From assembly GCA_016285185.1 (NCBI GenBank), contig JAEEQG010000031.1, positions 4,118 through 68,117 of the forward strand: a DNA stretch of 64,000 bases, read 5' to 3'. Position 1 is the first letter of the stretch; each line of letters begins with the position of its first letter. The position numbers were made by a program, and so were the translations under genes. The notes under the pieces were generated by a model, which ran no database searches, was not told the origin of the DNA, and was given only the letters and a program-made list of their open reading frames with translations. Below are positions 1-9,708 of this stretch, piece after piece. The DNA comes from Spirochaetota bacterium (GTDB lineage: Bacteria; Spirochaetota; Spirochaetia; Treponematales; Treponemataceae).

Positions 1-1145
1 TTACTGAAGCACAGCTTCGCGAAATGGAAAGCGTAGCCTGCCCGGGCTGTGGTGCTTGTTCAGGTATGTTTACCGCAAACTCCATGAACTGTCTTACCGA
101 AGTTCTCGGTCTCGGTCTCCCCGGCAACGGAACAATCCCCGCCGTTACAGGCCGCCGTATTGCACTTGCAAAACATGCGGGTATGCAGGTTATGGAAATG
201 TATAAAAAGGGAATCACCGCCAGAAAAATGATGACGGCTGAAAACTTTAGAAACGGTCTTGCTGCTGATATGGCACTGGGCTGTTCTTCCAACACAATGC
301 TGCACCTTCCTGCCATTGCGCACGAAGCCGGAATTGAAATTGACCTGCACGAAGTAAACGAAATTTCCAACAGAACACCTAATCTCTGCCACCTTGCTCC
401 GGCAGGACATACATTCATGTGTGAGCTTGACGATGCTGGCGGTGTTCAGGCTGTTCTTGCCGAACTTGCAAAGAAAAAGCTTATAAATACATCACTCATA
501 ACTGTTACCGGTAAAACAATCGCCGAAAACATTAAGGGCGTTGTAGACCGCAATCCTGAAATTCTGCGTCCGATTGAAAACCCGTTCAGCGACAACGGCG
601 GAATCGCAATTCTTTTCGGCAACCTTGCTCCGAATGGAACAGTTGTAAAGCGTTCTGCCTGTGCAAAGGAACTGATGAAGCACACCGGACCTGCACGCGT
701 CTTTAATGATGAGGCAGAAGCGATGGAAGCCGTTCAAAAGCAGAAAATCAAAAGCGGCGACGTTGTTGTTATCCGCTACGAAGGACCAAAGGGCGGTCCG
801 GGTATGCGCGAGATGCTCGCTGTAACTGCAGCTCTTGCTGGTCAGGGCTTGGACAAGGAAGTTGCGCTCATTACCGATGGACGCTTTTCCGGCGCGACAA
901 GAGGCGCGTCTCTCGGACACTGTTCTCCTGAGGCTGCTGTAGGCGGACCTATTGCCCTTGTTCAGGAAGGCGACAAAATTACGCTCGACATAAACGCATA
1001 CAAAATTACACTTGAAGTTAGCGATGAAGAGCTTGCAAAGCGCCGCGCCGCCTGGAAAGCACCCGAACCAAAGGTAAAAACAGGATATCTGGCACGCTAT
1101 GCAAAACTGGTAAGTTCCGCTGACAAAGGTGCAATCTTACAATAG
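1..1145 (+). CDS. ilvD: dihydroxy-acid dehydratase, C-terminal ~380 aa (5' end outside the window)
   Basis: The frame-3 ORF is open to the window start. It contains [21 protein letters not shown] (IlvD/Edd Fe-S Cys region) and [20 protein letters not shown] near the C terminus. Confidence 0.9.
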   Translation, partial: TEAQLREMESVACPGCGACSGMFTANSMNCLTEVLGLGLPGNGTIPAVTGRRIALAKHAGMQVMEMYKKGITARKMMTAENFRNGLAADMALGCSSNTMLHLPAIAHEAGIEIDLHEVNEISNRTPNLCHLAPAGHTFMCELDDAGGVQAVLAELAKKKLINTSLITVTGKTIAENIKGVVDRNPEILRPIENPFSDNGGIAILFGNLAPNGTVVKRSACAKELMKHTGPARVFNDEAEAMEAVQKQKIKSGDVVVIRYEGPKGGPGMREMLAVTAALAGQGLDKEVALITDGRFSGATRGASLGHCSPEAAVGGPIALVQEGDKITLDINAYKITLEVSDEELAKRRAAWKAPEPKVKTGYLARYAKLVSSADKGAILQ

Positions 1146-1154
1146 GAAGAAAAA

Positions 1155-2906
1155 ATGGAACTCACAGGTGCACGAATAGTAATAGAATGCTTAAAAGAAC
1201 AGGGAGTTGATACTGTTTTCGGTTATCCGGGCGGTACAATCCTTAATATATACGACGAATTATACAAAAATAGCGATTCAATCCGCCATATTCTCACTGC
1301 ACACGAACAGGGGGCCGCTCATGCCGCCGACGGTTACAGCCGTTCCAGCGGCAAAGTTGGCGTTGTTCTTGCTACCAGTGGTCCGGGTGCAACAAACCTT
1401 GTTACCGGTATTGCAACGGCTTATATGGATTCTGTGCCGATTGTGGCGATAACCTGCAATGTTGCTTCTTCGCTTCTCGGAAAAGACAGTTTTCAGGAAG
1501 TTGATATTACCGGAATCACCATGTCCATCACAAAGCACAACTACATTGTCCGCCGTGTTGAAGACATAGCGGATGTTATGCGGGAGGCGTTCGCAATCGC
1601 AAAAAGCGGTCGTCCGGGGCCGGTTCTTATCGATATACCGAAGGAACTGACCGCCGCAACAACCGAGTTTGAGCCGATGAACCTTTTCAGCATCGATTCT
1701 ACAGTTCTTGCAAAAGATGTGGTTCAGGGTGAAAAGCGCAGCAAGGCTATGCGTATTACAAAGGTTAATCAGGCGGACGACAAAGAAATAGAAGCCGCCG
1801 CAAAACTTATCTCAGAATCAAAGCGTCCTTTCCTTTATGTGGGTGGCGGCGTTATTAACGCTGATGCGTGCAAACAGGTTAAACTTCTTGCCGAAAAGTG
1901 CCGTATTCCTGTTTCTGTCTCGCTCATGGGAAAATCTGCATTTCCTGCGGAGCATGAACTTGCATGCGGAATGATTGGTATGCACGGAACATTTGCCGCC
2001 AACAAAGCCGCCAATGAGTGTGATTTGCTTATTGCGGTGGGTGCGCGTTTTTCGGATCGTGTTATTTCAGATGCTTCCAAGTTCGCAAAAAACAGCAAAA
2101 TTCTGCATATAGACATTGACCCTGCTGAAATAAATAAGAATATACGTTCGTATCATTTTGTGGTCGGCAATATTCAGGAAATCCTTATGCGGCTTATTCC
2201 TCTTGTAAAAGAGCGCGGTGTAACGGAGTGGAACGAAAAGATAAGTGAGTGGAAAAAGAAGATTCCGCCGATGTACACCAAAAAACTTAAGTTGCATCCA
2301 AAGTTCATCTTTGAAACAATTTATAACACTCTCGGCAAAGATACGATTCTTACGACCGAAGTCGGTCAGCATCAGATGTGGACAGCACAATTTTATCCGT
2401 TCAGCCGTCCGCGAACATTCATAACATCCGGCGGACTCGGTACAATGGGGTTCGGTACAGGAGCCGCAATCGGTTCGCAGGTGGCAAATCCTGACAAGTT
2501 TGTTGTTCACATTGCCGGTGACGGTTCTTTCCGCATGAACTGCAATGAGCTTGCAACCATAAGTTACTATAATCTTCCTATTATAATAATCGTTGTAAAC
2601 AACGGCACATTGGGAATGGTACGCCAGTGGCAGAAGCTCTTTTACGGCGGCAGATTTTCGCAGACAACGCTTGATCGCGGTCCCGACTTTGTAAAACTTG
2701 CTGACGCATACGGAATACGAGGTTACCGCGCCGAAACCGAAAAAGAGTTTGCGGAAGCGTTTGCAAAGGCTGCAGCTGCCGGAGCTGACGGCGTACGTAC
2801 TCCGGTGCTTATAGATACAGTTGTTAATATTGACGAAATGGTTATGCCTATGGTTCCTGCGGGTAAACCGATTGACGAACTGCTTCTTGAAGCCGGCGAA
2901 AAATAG
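1155..2906 (+). CDS. ilvB: acetolactate synthase, large (catalytic) subunit
   Basis: 583 aa. N-terminal GYPGGTILNIYDEL and the TPP-binding region GLGTMGFGTGAAIG...IAGDGSFRMN are present. An SD (aggaag) lies upstream, 9 nt after the ilvD stop. No ilvN-like small subunit follows. Confidence 0.9.
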   Translation: MELTGARIVIECLKEQGVDTVFGYPGGTILNIYDELYKNSDSIRHILTAHEQGAAHAADGYSRSSGKVGVVLATSGPGATNLVTGIATAYMDSVPIVAITCNVASSLLGKDSFQEVDITGITMSITKHNYIVRRVEDIADVMREAFAIAKSGRPGPVLIDIPKELTAATTEFEPMNLFSIDSTVLAKDVVQGEKRSKAMRITKVNQADDKEIEAAAKLISESKRPFLYVGGGVINADACKQVKLLAEKCRIPVSVSLMGKSAFPAEHELACGMIGMHGTFAANKAANECDLLIAVGARFSDRVISDASKFAKNSKILHIDIDPAEINKNIRSYHFVVGNIQEILMRLIPLVKERGVTEWNEKISEWKKKIPPMYTKKLKLHPKFIFETIYNTLGKDTILTTEVGQHQMWTAQFYPFSRPRTFITSGGLGTMGFGTGAAIGSQVANPDKFVVHIAGDGSFRMNCNELATISYYNLPIIIIVVNNGTLGMVRQWQKLFYGGRFSQTTLDRGPDFVKLADAYGIRGYRAETEKEFAEAFAKAAAAGADGVRTPVLIDTVVNIDEMVMPMVPAGKPIDELLLEAGEK

Positions 2907-2960
2907 TTGCCTGTCATATCCTTTAATTTGGACATTTTTAAGAAAATTTCATTTTTTTGC

Positions 2961-2988
2961 TTGACTTATATTACTGAACTGGTAAAAT
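2961..2988 (+). promoter_or_regulatory. sigma-70-type promoter of the che operon (TTGACT-16-TAAAAT); the -10 ends 7 nt before the cheA ATG
   Basis: TTGACT at 2961-2966, TAAAAT at 2983-2988, ATG at 2996. The only purine-rich stretch (agagga, 2989-2994) is too close to the ATG to act as an SD. Confidence 0.45.
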
Positions 2989-2995
2989 AGAGGAT

Positions 2996-5392
2996 ATGAG
3001 CGATTATCTTGATGCTAATAACGAAGAGTTGTTGAAAGACTTTTTTGCTGAAGCAGAACAACAGGTTGAGAACCTCGAGAGTAATATTCTTGTCATTGAA
3101 AATGACCCCACAAATCATGAGGCGATTGATGAGATATTCCGTGCGGCGCATACCCTGAAAGGCGGTTCTGCGACCGTAGAAATGAATGAATTGTCGGGTT
3201 TTACGCATGTTGTAGAAGATTTGCTCGACGAAATCCGTTCTGATAAAGTTTCTGTTACAGAAGAAGTTGTAGATATCCTTCTTTCTTCTATTGATATAAT
3301 CAAAGCTATGCTCGAAGCCCGTTCGAACGGCTCTGTATATGATGATGACGTTGAACCGATAAAGACCAAACTTAGGTCGTTTATACCTTCAAAATCAGGT
3401 GATAAAAAGCAGTCCAAAAAAGGTGGCCTGATGGCTGCGGTTGCAAAGGCCGCTGAACCGCAAAAGGCTCCGGAACCGGCTCCTGCCGCTGTTGCGACTG
3501 AGCTTAGCGAATATGAACTTTTGGAGCTCAAACAGATTTGTCCTGCTGGAACAAAACTGTGGAGTATCACCATCGTTTTTGATGAAACAAACCCGATGAA
3601 TTCTGTCGGTGGAATTCAGGTTTTCGCTGCATTAAAGGAACACGGTAGTATTCTTAAAACTGTTCCTGATTTTGATGCGCTTTATGAAGATGTTTTCCAT
3701 GAGACTGTAGTATATTATCTGGCTACAACAGAAAATGCGGATCAGCTTGAAGATGCTTCATTCCTTACTGATGTAACTATTTCTACTGATGCCAAATGCC
3801 TTGATCAGGCGGAGGCTGCTCCCGCACCTGCGGCAAAACCTGCCGCTCCTGCAGAAACTGCAAGTTCTGCGGCTCCGGTTGCCGAAGCCAAGAAAGATTC
3901 TGCCGGTGAAAAAAGCGAGATTGAAGAAGCTGTTGCTGCAGCTAAAAAAGCTGCTCCACAGGCTGCTGCTAAGAAACCGGCCGCCGCTGCTCATGCAAAT
4001 TCCGGTGGAAGTGTACTCCGTGTTGATTCAAAACGCATTGACTATCTGATGAACCTCGTCAGTGAAACTGTTATTACAAAAGCTGCCTTCAACCAGGCTG
4101 CAATACATGTCGGTGAACTCCAGACTCAGTTGCAGAATATTGAAGGTGAATATAAAGAAAAAATCAGACGCCTTATTGAACAGTTGCCTAAGATGATTGA
4201 TTCCGTTCAGAACGGAACATCGATGAAAGAACTTAAGGCAAAGATAAGCAACGAATACGGTGATTTGACATCTCTGTTTGATTCATTTGATGCGTCTTTC
4301 AAATCTACTGCAAGTAAATTCCGTTCTTCAACACAGAACCTCGGTCGTGTAGCAGGTGAATTGCAGGAAGGTGTAATGAAAATCCGAATGGTTCCTATCA
4401 GTCAGATTTTCTCACGATTCCCGCGTGTTGTCCGCGATTTGTCACGCGATTTGGATAAAAAAATAAACCTTGTTATTGAAGGTGAAGATACAGAACTTGA
4501 CAAGTCCGTAATCGAAGATCTGCTTGATCCGATTATGCACTGTATGCGTAACTCTCTTGATCATGGTATTGAAAAGCCTAGAGACCGTCTTGCTGCAGGC
4601 AAGCCTGAAGAAGGTACCGTTATGCTCAAGGCAAGTAACGAAGGTAACATGATTGTAATTGAGATTATCGATGACGGTGCAGGTATTGATGTTGCCAAAG
4701 TCCGCAACAAGGCTGTTGAACGCGGTCTGATTCATCCTAACAAGATGATAACCGACCATGATGCTTTCCAGCTTATTTTTGAACCGGGATTTTCTACTGC
4801 TGACAAGATTACCAGCGTATCAGGCCGCGGTGTTGGTTTGGATGTTGTTAAAACACAGATTGAAAAACTTAACGGTTCTGTTGTTGTTACTTCTGAAAGA
4901 GGTAAGGGAACCAAATTCTGTATCAGACTGCCGCTTACAGTTGCTATTATTCAGGGACTTCTCGTTAAAGTTGCTTCTGAAGTATATTCTATTCCGATTG
5001 CGTCAGTTATTGAGAGTCACAGGGTTAAGAGTGACGAAATCTCTACAATCGACAACTACGAAGTACTTAACGTTCGTAACGAAGTTATCAGCGTTCTGCG
5101 GCTTGACCGCTTGTTCGGTCTTAAAAACGAACAGGAATCGGAATACAGCTTTATTGTTATAGTCGGCTCAACTGACAAAAAAATCGGTATTATGGTAGAT
5201 TCTCTGATTGGAGAAGAAGACGTTGTTATTAAACCGTTGCATGACCAGTTTACAAATTCTCCTGGAATCGCCGGTGCGTCTATTCTTGGTGATGGTTCTG
5301 TTTCTCTGATTATTGATGTAACCCGCTTGCTTGAGCTTGGCGTAAAACAGGAACTGGTAGCCCGTCAGGAACGTGAGGCTGTTATTGGCTAA
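2996..5392 (+). CDS. cheA: chemotaxis histidine kinase CheA
   Basis: 798 aa. HPt motif FRAAHTLKGGSATVE; kinase boxes HCMRNSLDHGIE, IDDGAGID and GRGVGLDVV; C-terminal CheW-like P5 domain. Two Ala/Pro-rich linkers flank a ~95-aa insert domain in the P2 position. Confidence 0.95.
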   Translation: MSDYLDANNEELLKDFFAEAEQQVENLESNILVIENDPTNHEAIDEIFRAAHTLKGGSATVEMNELSGFTHVVEDLLDEIRSDKVSVTEEVVDILLSSIDIIKAMLEARSNGSVYDDDVEPIKTKLRSFIPSKSGDKKQSKKGGLMAAVAKAAEPQKAPEPAPAAVATELSEYELLELKQICPAGTKLWSITIVFDETNPMNSVGGIQVFAALKEHGSILKTVPDFDALYEDVFHETVVYYLATTENADQLEDASFLTDVTISTDAKCLDQAEAAPAPAAKPAAPAETASSAAPVAEAKKDSAGEKSEIEEAVAAAKKAAPQAAAKKPAAAAHANSGGSVLRVDSKRIDYLMNLVSETVITKAAFNQAAIHVGELQTQLQNIEGEYKEKIRRLIEQLPKMIDSVQNGTSMKELKAKISNEYGDLTSLFDSFDASFKSTASKFRSSTQNLGRVAGELQEGVMKIRMVPISQIFSRFPRVVRDLSRDLDKKINLVIEGEDTELDKSVIEDLLDPIMHCMRNSLDHGIEKPRDRLAAGKPEEGTVMLKASNEGNMIVIEIIDDGAGIDVAKVRNKAVERGLIHPNKMITDHDAFQLIFEPGFSTADKITSVSGRGVGLDVVKTQIEKLNGSVVVTSERGKGTKFCIRLPLTVAIIQGLLVKVASEVYSIPIASVIESHRVKSDEISTIDNYEVLNVRNEVISVLRLDRLFGLKNEQESEYSFIVIVGSTDKKIGIMVDSLIGEEDVVIKPLHDQFTNSPGIAGASILGDGSVSLIIDVTRLLELGVKQELVARQEREAVIG

Positions 5393-5402
5393 GGAGAAAG
5401 AC

Positions 5403-6761
5403 ATGGAACTTGTTGCAGAAACTGAACCTCAACTGAATACAGAAAATATCGCAAATGAAAAGAAAGAACTCGTAGCCAACCTCGACTTTAAAATGGTTTC
5501 TTTTTCTCTCGCAGGAAAAGATTATGCCATAGACATTATGAACGTTAAGGAAATTGCTAAAACAGGACGTTTTACATATGTTCCCAATACTGCTCATTTT
5601 GTACTTGGTGTATACAACCTTCGTGGTGATATTATTCCTATAATTGACCTGCGTTTGTTCTTTAACATTCCGGTTCCCGAAAGAATCAGCAACGAAATTG
5701 AAGACATGATTATCGTTACTATCGAAGATCAGACGTTTGGTGTTGTTGTAGATGCAATCGATAAGGTTGTTGGTATACAAAAGTCTTCTATCCAGCCGCC
5801 GCATCCTTTGTTCGGCGATATTAATATTAAATATATCCGCGGTGTTGTAGAAAACAATGACAGGCTTTATATCCTGCTCGATATTGAAAGAATTTTTGGT
5901 AACAGAAGTGCTGCCGAGGAAAAGAAAGATGATAATGTTTCGCTTTCACTTGTTCAGCAGGCTGTAGGTTATAATCAGGAAAACCGCAAAAGAGCAGCTG
6001 CAAAGGCTTCTGAACAAAAAGAAGTAAAACCTGAATCTCAGGATTATTCATTCGTAGTTTCTTCTTTGCAGTCAATGAAAAAATTCTACACATCGTCTGT
6101 AAATGAAAACTGGGTAAGAACACGTTTTGCGGCAATGGCTAATGGTGGTTCTTTCCAGATTCAGAATATCGAGGAATGTGAAGAATTCCTTTCGGATTTT
6201 TATTCTCCGTGTACCGGAAGACTCTGGTCATCTGAATATGCGGACGTTATAAGAAAGATTATGCCTGAAAATTCAGCTAAGCAGATAAATGTTTGGGATG
6301 TCGGTTGCGGAAAGGGCTATGAGACATATTCCCTTGCATGTGTCCTCAAGGAGTGCTATCCTGAGTCACGCATTCGTATTTATGCGCATGATGTTGATTT
6401 GATCAGCATATCAAATGCGCCTATGCTTACTGTACCGGAAGAAGCACTTCCTGCATGGATGAAAAAATACACTGTAAAGGCTGTAAACGGCAATTATGGA
6501 TTTGCTCAGGAAATAAAAGATATGATTCTTTTTGAATACCATGATTGCAATAACAACGGAAATATGCCTGCATGTGATGTTATTTTTGCCAGAGATATGG
6601 TATCATTCCTTGCAGAAAATGTTCAGGACAACCTTTTTGAACAGTTCTATGATGAATTGAAGGGTAACGGTATTCTGGTTCTCGGTGAGAATGAGAATTG
6701 CGGAAAACACAGCAGCTGGCAGGAAAAGACAGTTGGTTCTGTAGTTATATATACGAAATAA
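5403..6761 (+). CDS. CheW domain fused to a CheR-like methyltransferase-fold domain
   Basis: The N-terminal half is CheW-like (FSLAGKDYAIDIMNVKEI...GVYNLRGDIIPIIDLR). The C-terminal half is CheR-like (INVWDVGCGKGYETYSLACVL...DVIFARDM). I chose the ATG at 5403 because of the SD aaggag; the track ORF starts at 5373. Confidence 0.85.
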   Translation: MELVAETEPQLNTENIANEKKELVANLDFKMVSFSLAGKDYAIDIMNVKEIAKTGRFTYVPNTAHFVLGVYNLRGDIIPIIDLRLFFNIPVPERISNEIEDMIIVTIEDQTFGVVVDAIDKVVGIQKSSIQPPHPLFGDINIKYIRGVVENNDRLYILLDIERIFGNRSAAEEKKDDNVSLSLVQQAVGYNQENRKRAAAKASEQKEVKPESQDYSFVVSSLQSMKKFYTSSVNENWVRTRFAAMANGGSFQIQNIEECEEFLSDFYSPCTGRLWSSEYADVIRKIMPENSAKQINVWDVGCGKGYETYSLACVLKECYPESRIRIYAHDVDLISISNAPMLTVPEEALPAWMKKYTVKAVNGNYGFAQEIKDMILFEYHDCNNNGNMPACDVIFARDMVSFLAENVQDNLFEQFYDELKGNGILVLGENENCGKHSSWQEKTVGSVVIYTK

Positions 6762-6784
6762 CTCATAATAAAAGGAGAATTTCT

Positions 6785-7249
6785 ATGAGAGTTGAGTATA
6801 TCAATCCGTTTGTTGAAGCGGCACATAATATTTTGACAGAAGTATTAGCTGAAGATGTCAAACGGGGTGATTTGTATCTGAAGTCTACGTCTATGCCTGT
6901 TATGGGAGTTGCTGCTTTTGTAGGTTTGGCTGGTGATGTAGAAGGACGTGTGCTGTTTGATATGTCAATGGATACTGCCATGAAGATTGCTTCCAAAATG
7001 AATATGGAAGAATTGCCTGAGTTTGACGAGCTTGCAAAGGCAACAATTACAGAGATGGCAAACCTTATTACAGGTCAGGCAGTTACAAAGCTGCATGATC
7101 TTGGTTTTAAATTCGATCTCACTCCACCTGCGTTGTTTACAGGTGAAAAAATGGAGATTTCAGATCATGAAGTAGAAGCTTTGATTGTTCCAATGCTTAC
7201 ACAGCAGGGAAAAATTGAAGTTAATGTTGCTATTCGTGAAAGAACATAA
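6785..7249 (+). CDS. cheX: CheY-P phosphatase CheX (CheC/CheX family)
   Basis: 154 aa starting MRVEYINPFVEAAHNILTEVL. An SD (aaaaggag) lies upstream of the ATG at 6785. The cheA-cheW-cheX-cheY order is typical of spirochetes. Confidence 0.8.
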   Translation: MRVEYINPFVEAAHNILTEVLAEDVKRGDLYLKSTSMPVMGVAAFVGLAGDVEGRVLFDMSMDTAMKIASKMNMEELPEFDELAKATITEMANLITGQAVTKLHDLGFKFDLTPPALFTGEKMEISDHEVEALIVPMLTQQGKIEVNVAIRERT

Positions 7250-7284
7250 TTGCAAATAAATCATAAGATTGGAGTTGGTAAAAT

Positions 7285-7719
7285 ATGAAAACCTCACAGG
7301 ATTTTCCTTCATTAAACGCTAAAGTTCCTGATGGTCAGAAAGCAGGAGGCGGTTCAGTTCGTGTTCTGGTAGTAGATGATTCAATGTTTGTTGCAAAGCA
7401 AATCGGACAGATTCTTTCTAGTGAAGGATACGAAGTTGTAGCAACAGCAGCTGATGGTAAAGAAGGTGTTGAAAAATACAAGGAATTGTATCCTCATGTT
7501 GATTTGGTAACAATGGATATCACAATGCCGAGAATGGACGGTATTACAGCACTGGAACAGATTATAGCTTTTGATAAGAATGCAAAAGTTGTAATGATTT
7601 CTGCACTTGGAAAAGAAGAGCTTGTAAAGAAATCACTCCTTTTGGGTGCAAAGAACTACATTGTTAAACCTTTGGACAGAATGAAGGTTCTTGAAAGAAT
7701 CGGTTCTGCCTTAAAATAA
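7285..7719 (+). CDS. cheY: chemotaxis response regulator CheY
   Basis: Receiver domain with VLVVDDS, VTMDITMPRMDG and IVKP motifs, last gene of the che operon. It has a ~24-aa N-terminal extension. Confidence 0.9.
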   Translation: MKTSQDFPSLNAKVPDGQKAGGGSVRVLVVDDSMFVAKQIGQILSSEGYEVVATAADGKEGVEKYKELYPHVDLVTMDITMPRMDGITALEQIIAFDKNAKVVMISALGKEELVKKSLLLGAKNYIVKPLDRMKVLERIGSALK

Positions 7720-7724
7720 TGAAT

Positions 7725-7760
7725 AGAAAGCAGCGTTCTGCGCGCTTTCTGATTTTTTTA
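7725..7760 (+). terminator. rho-independent terminator after cheY
   Basis: Stem agaaagc (7725-7731) pairs with gctttct (7744-7750), followed by gattttttta. Confidence 0.6.
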
Positions 7761-7820
7761 TTGTTACAACCTGTTTCCTCAATATTGCTTGTGGTAAAAT
7801 TGGGGTACAGGTGTACAGTT

Positions 7821-7863
7821 AAAACCTCTAAAAGCTGTTAAAGTTTTAGAGGTTTTTTTGTTC
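7821..7863 (+). terminator. second, stronger terminator-like hairpin immediately upstream of the aminopeptidase gene
   Basis: Perfect 13-bp stem aaaacctctaaaa (7821-7833) / ttttagaggtttt (7844-7856) with a 10-nt loop, then a T-run. The ATG at 7888 lies only ~30 nt downstream. Confidence 0.55.
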
Positions 7864-7887
7864 TTTTTTGGAAAACAAAGGAAAAAA

Positions 7888-9006
7888 ATGTCTAATATAT
7901 ATCAAAGAAGACGTGCTAATCTTTCTACATGGATGGCTCAGAACAGTATCGCCATGGTTATTATAGAAGATTCTGAAAATGCTCGTAATGCTGCCCTGCG
8001 TTATTTTTCCGGTCATGCTCATGATGCTGTTCTGGGAATTTGTATTGACGGCAGCGCTGTCCTTAGTCCATGGGATGATATTCTGGCAAAAAAATGCGCA
8101 AAAGTAAACAAAATTATTCCCTTTAATAAATTTAACCGCAATCCCATACAGGCAGCGGCCGGAATTGCTGACTATCTTGGAATTCCCGAGGGCAGCAAGG
8201 TAGAAATTCCTGATACAGTTTCATATCCTGATTTTTTGAAATATGTGGATACTCTTGAAAAATATGATGTTTTGTGCCGCGACAACGGTGTTTCTGCTCA
8301 TATCGCCGCATTGCGTTCTGTTAAAGACAGTGCGGAGATTGAATGTATAAAAAAAGCAGCAGAAATTACGGATTCGCTGATTGATAAAATAGAAGACGGT
8401 GTAAAATCCGGTTCAATAAAAACAGAATCGGATGCGGCACTTTTGATAGAAAAAGAAGCCCGCATCGCAGGTTGTGAAGGAACCGGTTTCAGTACTCTTG
8501 CTGCAGGACCGGAACGCAGCTTTGGTATTCATTGCTTTCCAGAATACACAGCAGGTTTGTTCGCAACAAAAGGGCTTTCTATTTTGGACTTTGGTCTGGT
8601 GTACGAAGGTTATACAAGCGATGTAACAATGACTTTTGCAGTCGGTGATTTGTCGGAGGAACAGGAAAAAATTATTTCGCTTGTACAGAATGCGTATAAT
8701 CAGGCACTTGAATTGTACAAGCCGGGAGTTGCGGCAAAGTCTGCATTTGACAAGGCGCAGGAAGTATTTGCAAAAGAAAAATACAAAATGCCGCATGCAC
8801 TGGGTCATGGAATCGGGCTTGAAACCCACGAAGCTCCGTTTGTACGTGGTGTGAACAATGATTACATTTTTACGCCTGGTATGGTAGTAACGCTTGAACC
8901 GGGTTTATACAACGCAAAGGAAGGCGGCTGCCGGCTTGAAAACGATGTGCTTATCACGGCAGAAGGCAATCAGGTTTTGACTCATTCAAGGATAGTCAGA
9001 CTTTAG
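7888..9006 (+). CDS. M24-family Xaa-Pro aminopeptidase/dipeptidase
   Basis: Metal-ligand region HALGHGIGLETHEAP and LEPG..., with a creatinase-like N-terminal domain. I prefer the ATG at 7888 with SD aaagga over the TTG at 7858. Confidence 0.8.
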   Translation: MSNIYQRRRANLSTWMAQNSIAMVIIEDSENARNAALRYFSGHAHDAVLGICIDGSAVLSPWDDILAKKCAKVNKIIPFNKFNRNPIQAAAGIADYLGIPEGSKVEIPDTVSYPDFLKYVDTLEKYDVLCRDNGVSAHIAALRSVKDSAEIECIKKAAEITDSLIDKIEDGVKSGSIKTESDAALLIEKEARIAGCEGTGFSTLAAGPERSFGIHCFPEYTAGLFATKGLSILDFGLVYEGYTSDVTMTFAVGDLSEEQEKIISLVQNAYNQALELYKPGVAAKSAFDKAQEVFAKEKYKMPHALGHGIGLETHEAPFVRGVNNDYIFTPGMVVTLEPGLYNAKEGGCRLENDVLITAEGNQVLTHSRIVRL

Positions 9007-9014
9007 TGTGTTTT

Positions 9015-9698
9015 TCAATACAGCGAAGAAGTGATTTCTGTTTCCCTGTATGAAAAGCCGGTAAAAAGAGAACCTTCTATCGAATAATGCTGTGTCATTG
9101 GAGCATTTGTTCTGCTAACCGTTACTACTGCAAATGTCGGTGGAAAACCGCCGCGCGGACGGGAGCAGCTTCCCGGATTAAGTATCAAAATCTGGTTCTT
9201 TTCACGTTTGTAAGGGCGGTGTGTATGCCCGAAAAAAACAAGGTCAGCGTTGTTGGCGGTTGCTGTCTTGAATAGATTGTCTGTGCTGAAATCAACGCTA
9301 TGTCTGTGCCCGTGCGTAAAAAGAACTTTATGCGAAGCCACGGTTAAAAACTGTGTTTCAGCGATTTGAATCGGAATATTGTCGTTGTTGCTGTAAATTG
9401 TGTATGTGTCATAATCGCCGTTGCCACGGACTAGTCCTATTACAGGCGGTAAAGCTGCAAAAAGATTTTTATCGACAGAGGCTGTTTTTATTGTGTTCAA
9501 AATATCCCAAATACCGTCACCTGTAAAAATAAGAGCCTGACAATCGGGGCCAAATCCGCGGATTATGGATTCTGTAACTTTGTTGTTTCCGTGTGAGTCT
9601 GAGATAACAAGCAGCTTTGCCTTTTCTGCACCGGCTAGTTCCACAATGTCTTTGTCGGAACCTATCAGCTGTGAATAATGCTGGATAAGGGCATTCAT
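9015..9698 (-). CDS. metallophosphoesterase (YfcE/MJ0936-like phosphodiesterase)
   Basis: Calcineurin-like motifs LLVISDSHGN, FTGDG, RGNGD, FTHGH and GHTH. I prefer the ATG at 9698 over the TTG at 9749, which would overlap the upstream gene. Confidence 0.75.
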   Translation of the reverse strand: MNALIQHYSQLIGSDKDIVELAGAEKAKLLVISDSHGNNKVTESIIRGFGPDCQALIFTGDGIWDILNTIKTASVDKNLFAALPPVIGLVRGNGDYDTYTIYSNNDNIPIQIAETQFLTVASHKVLFTHGHRHSVDFSTDNLFKTATANNADLVFFGHTHRPYKREKNQILILNPGSCSRPRGGFPPTFAVVTVSRTNAPMTQHYSIEGSLFTGFSYRETEITSSLY

Positions 9699-9708
9699 GT
9701 CTTTATCC

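Noticed and set aside
2989-2994. agagga upstream of cheA as a Shine-Dalgarno sequence
   Set aside because: It ends 1-2 nt before the ATG, too close for canonical SD spacing, and it lies downstream of a well-formed -35/-10 pair. I interpret it as part of a leaderless-type start, but this is unresolved without TSS data.
3431-4001. GC-rich gct/gca/ccg-repeat DNA in cheA that looks like a tandem repeat
   Set aside because: It translates in frame into Ala/Pro/Lys-rich inter-domain linkers of CheA. There is no exact periodic DNA unit.
5373-7887. Upstream ORF-track start codons (5373 for cheW-R, 6698 for cheX, 7858 for the peptidase; similarly 9749, 12851, 14676, 26231, 28316, 38486, 38574, 44908, 48114, 52715, 55563, 57264 and 59484)
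   Set aside because: Many are TTG or GTG codons, overlap the upstream gene, or add residues ahead of the conserved N terminus. In each case a downstream ATG is supported by an SD or by promoter geometry.
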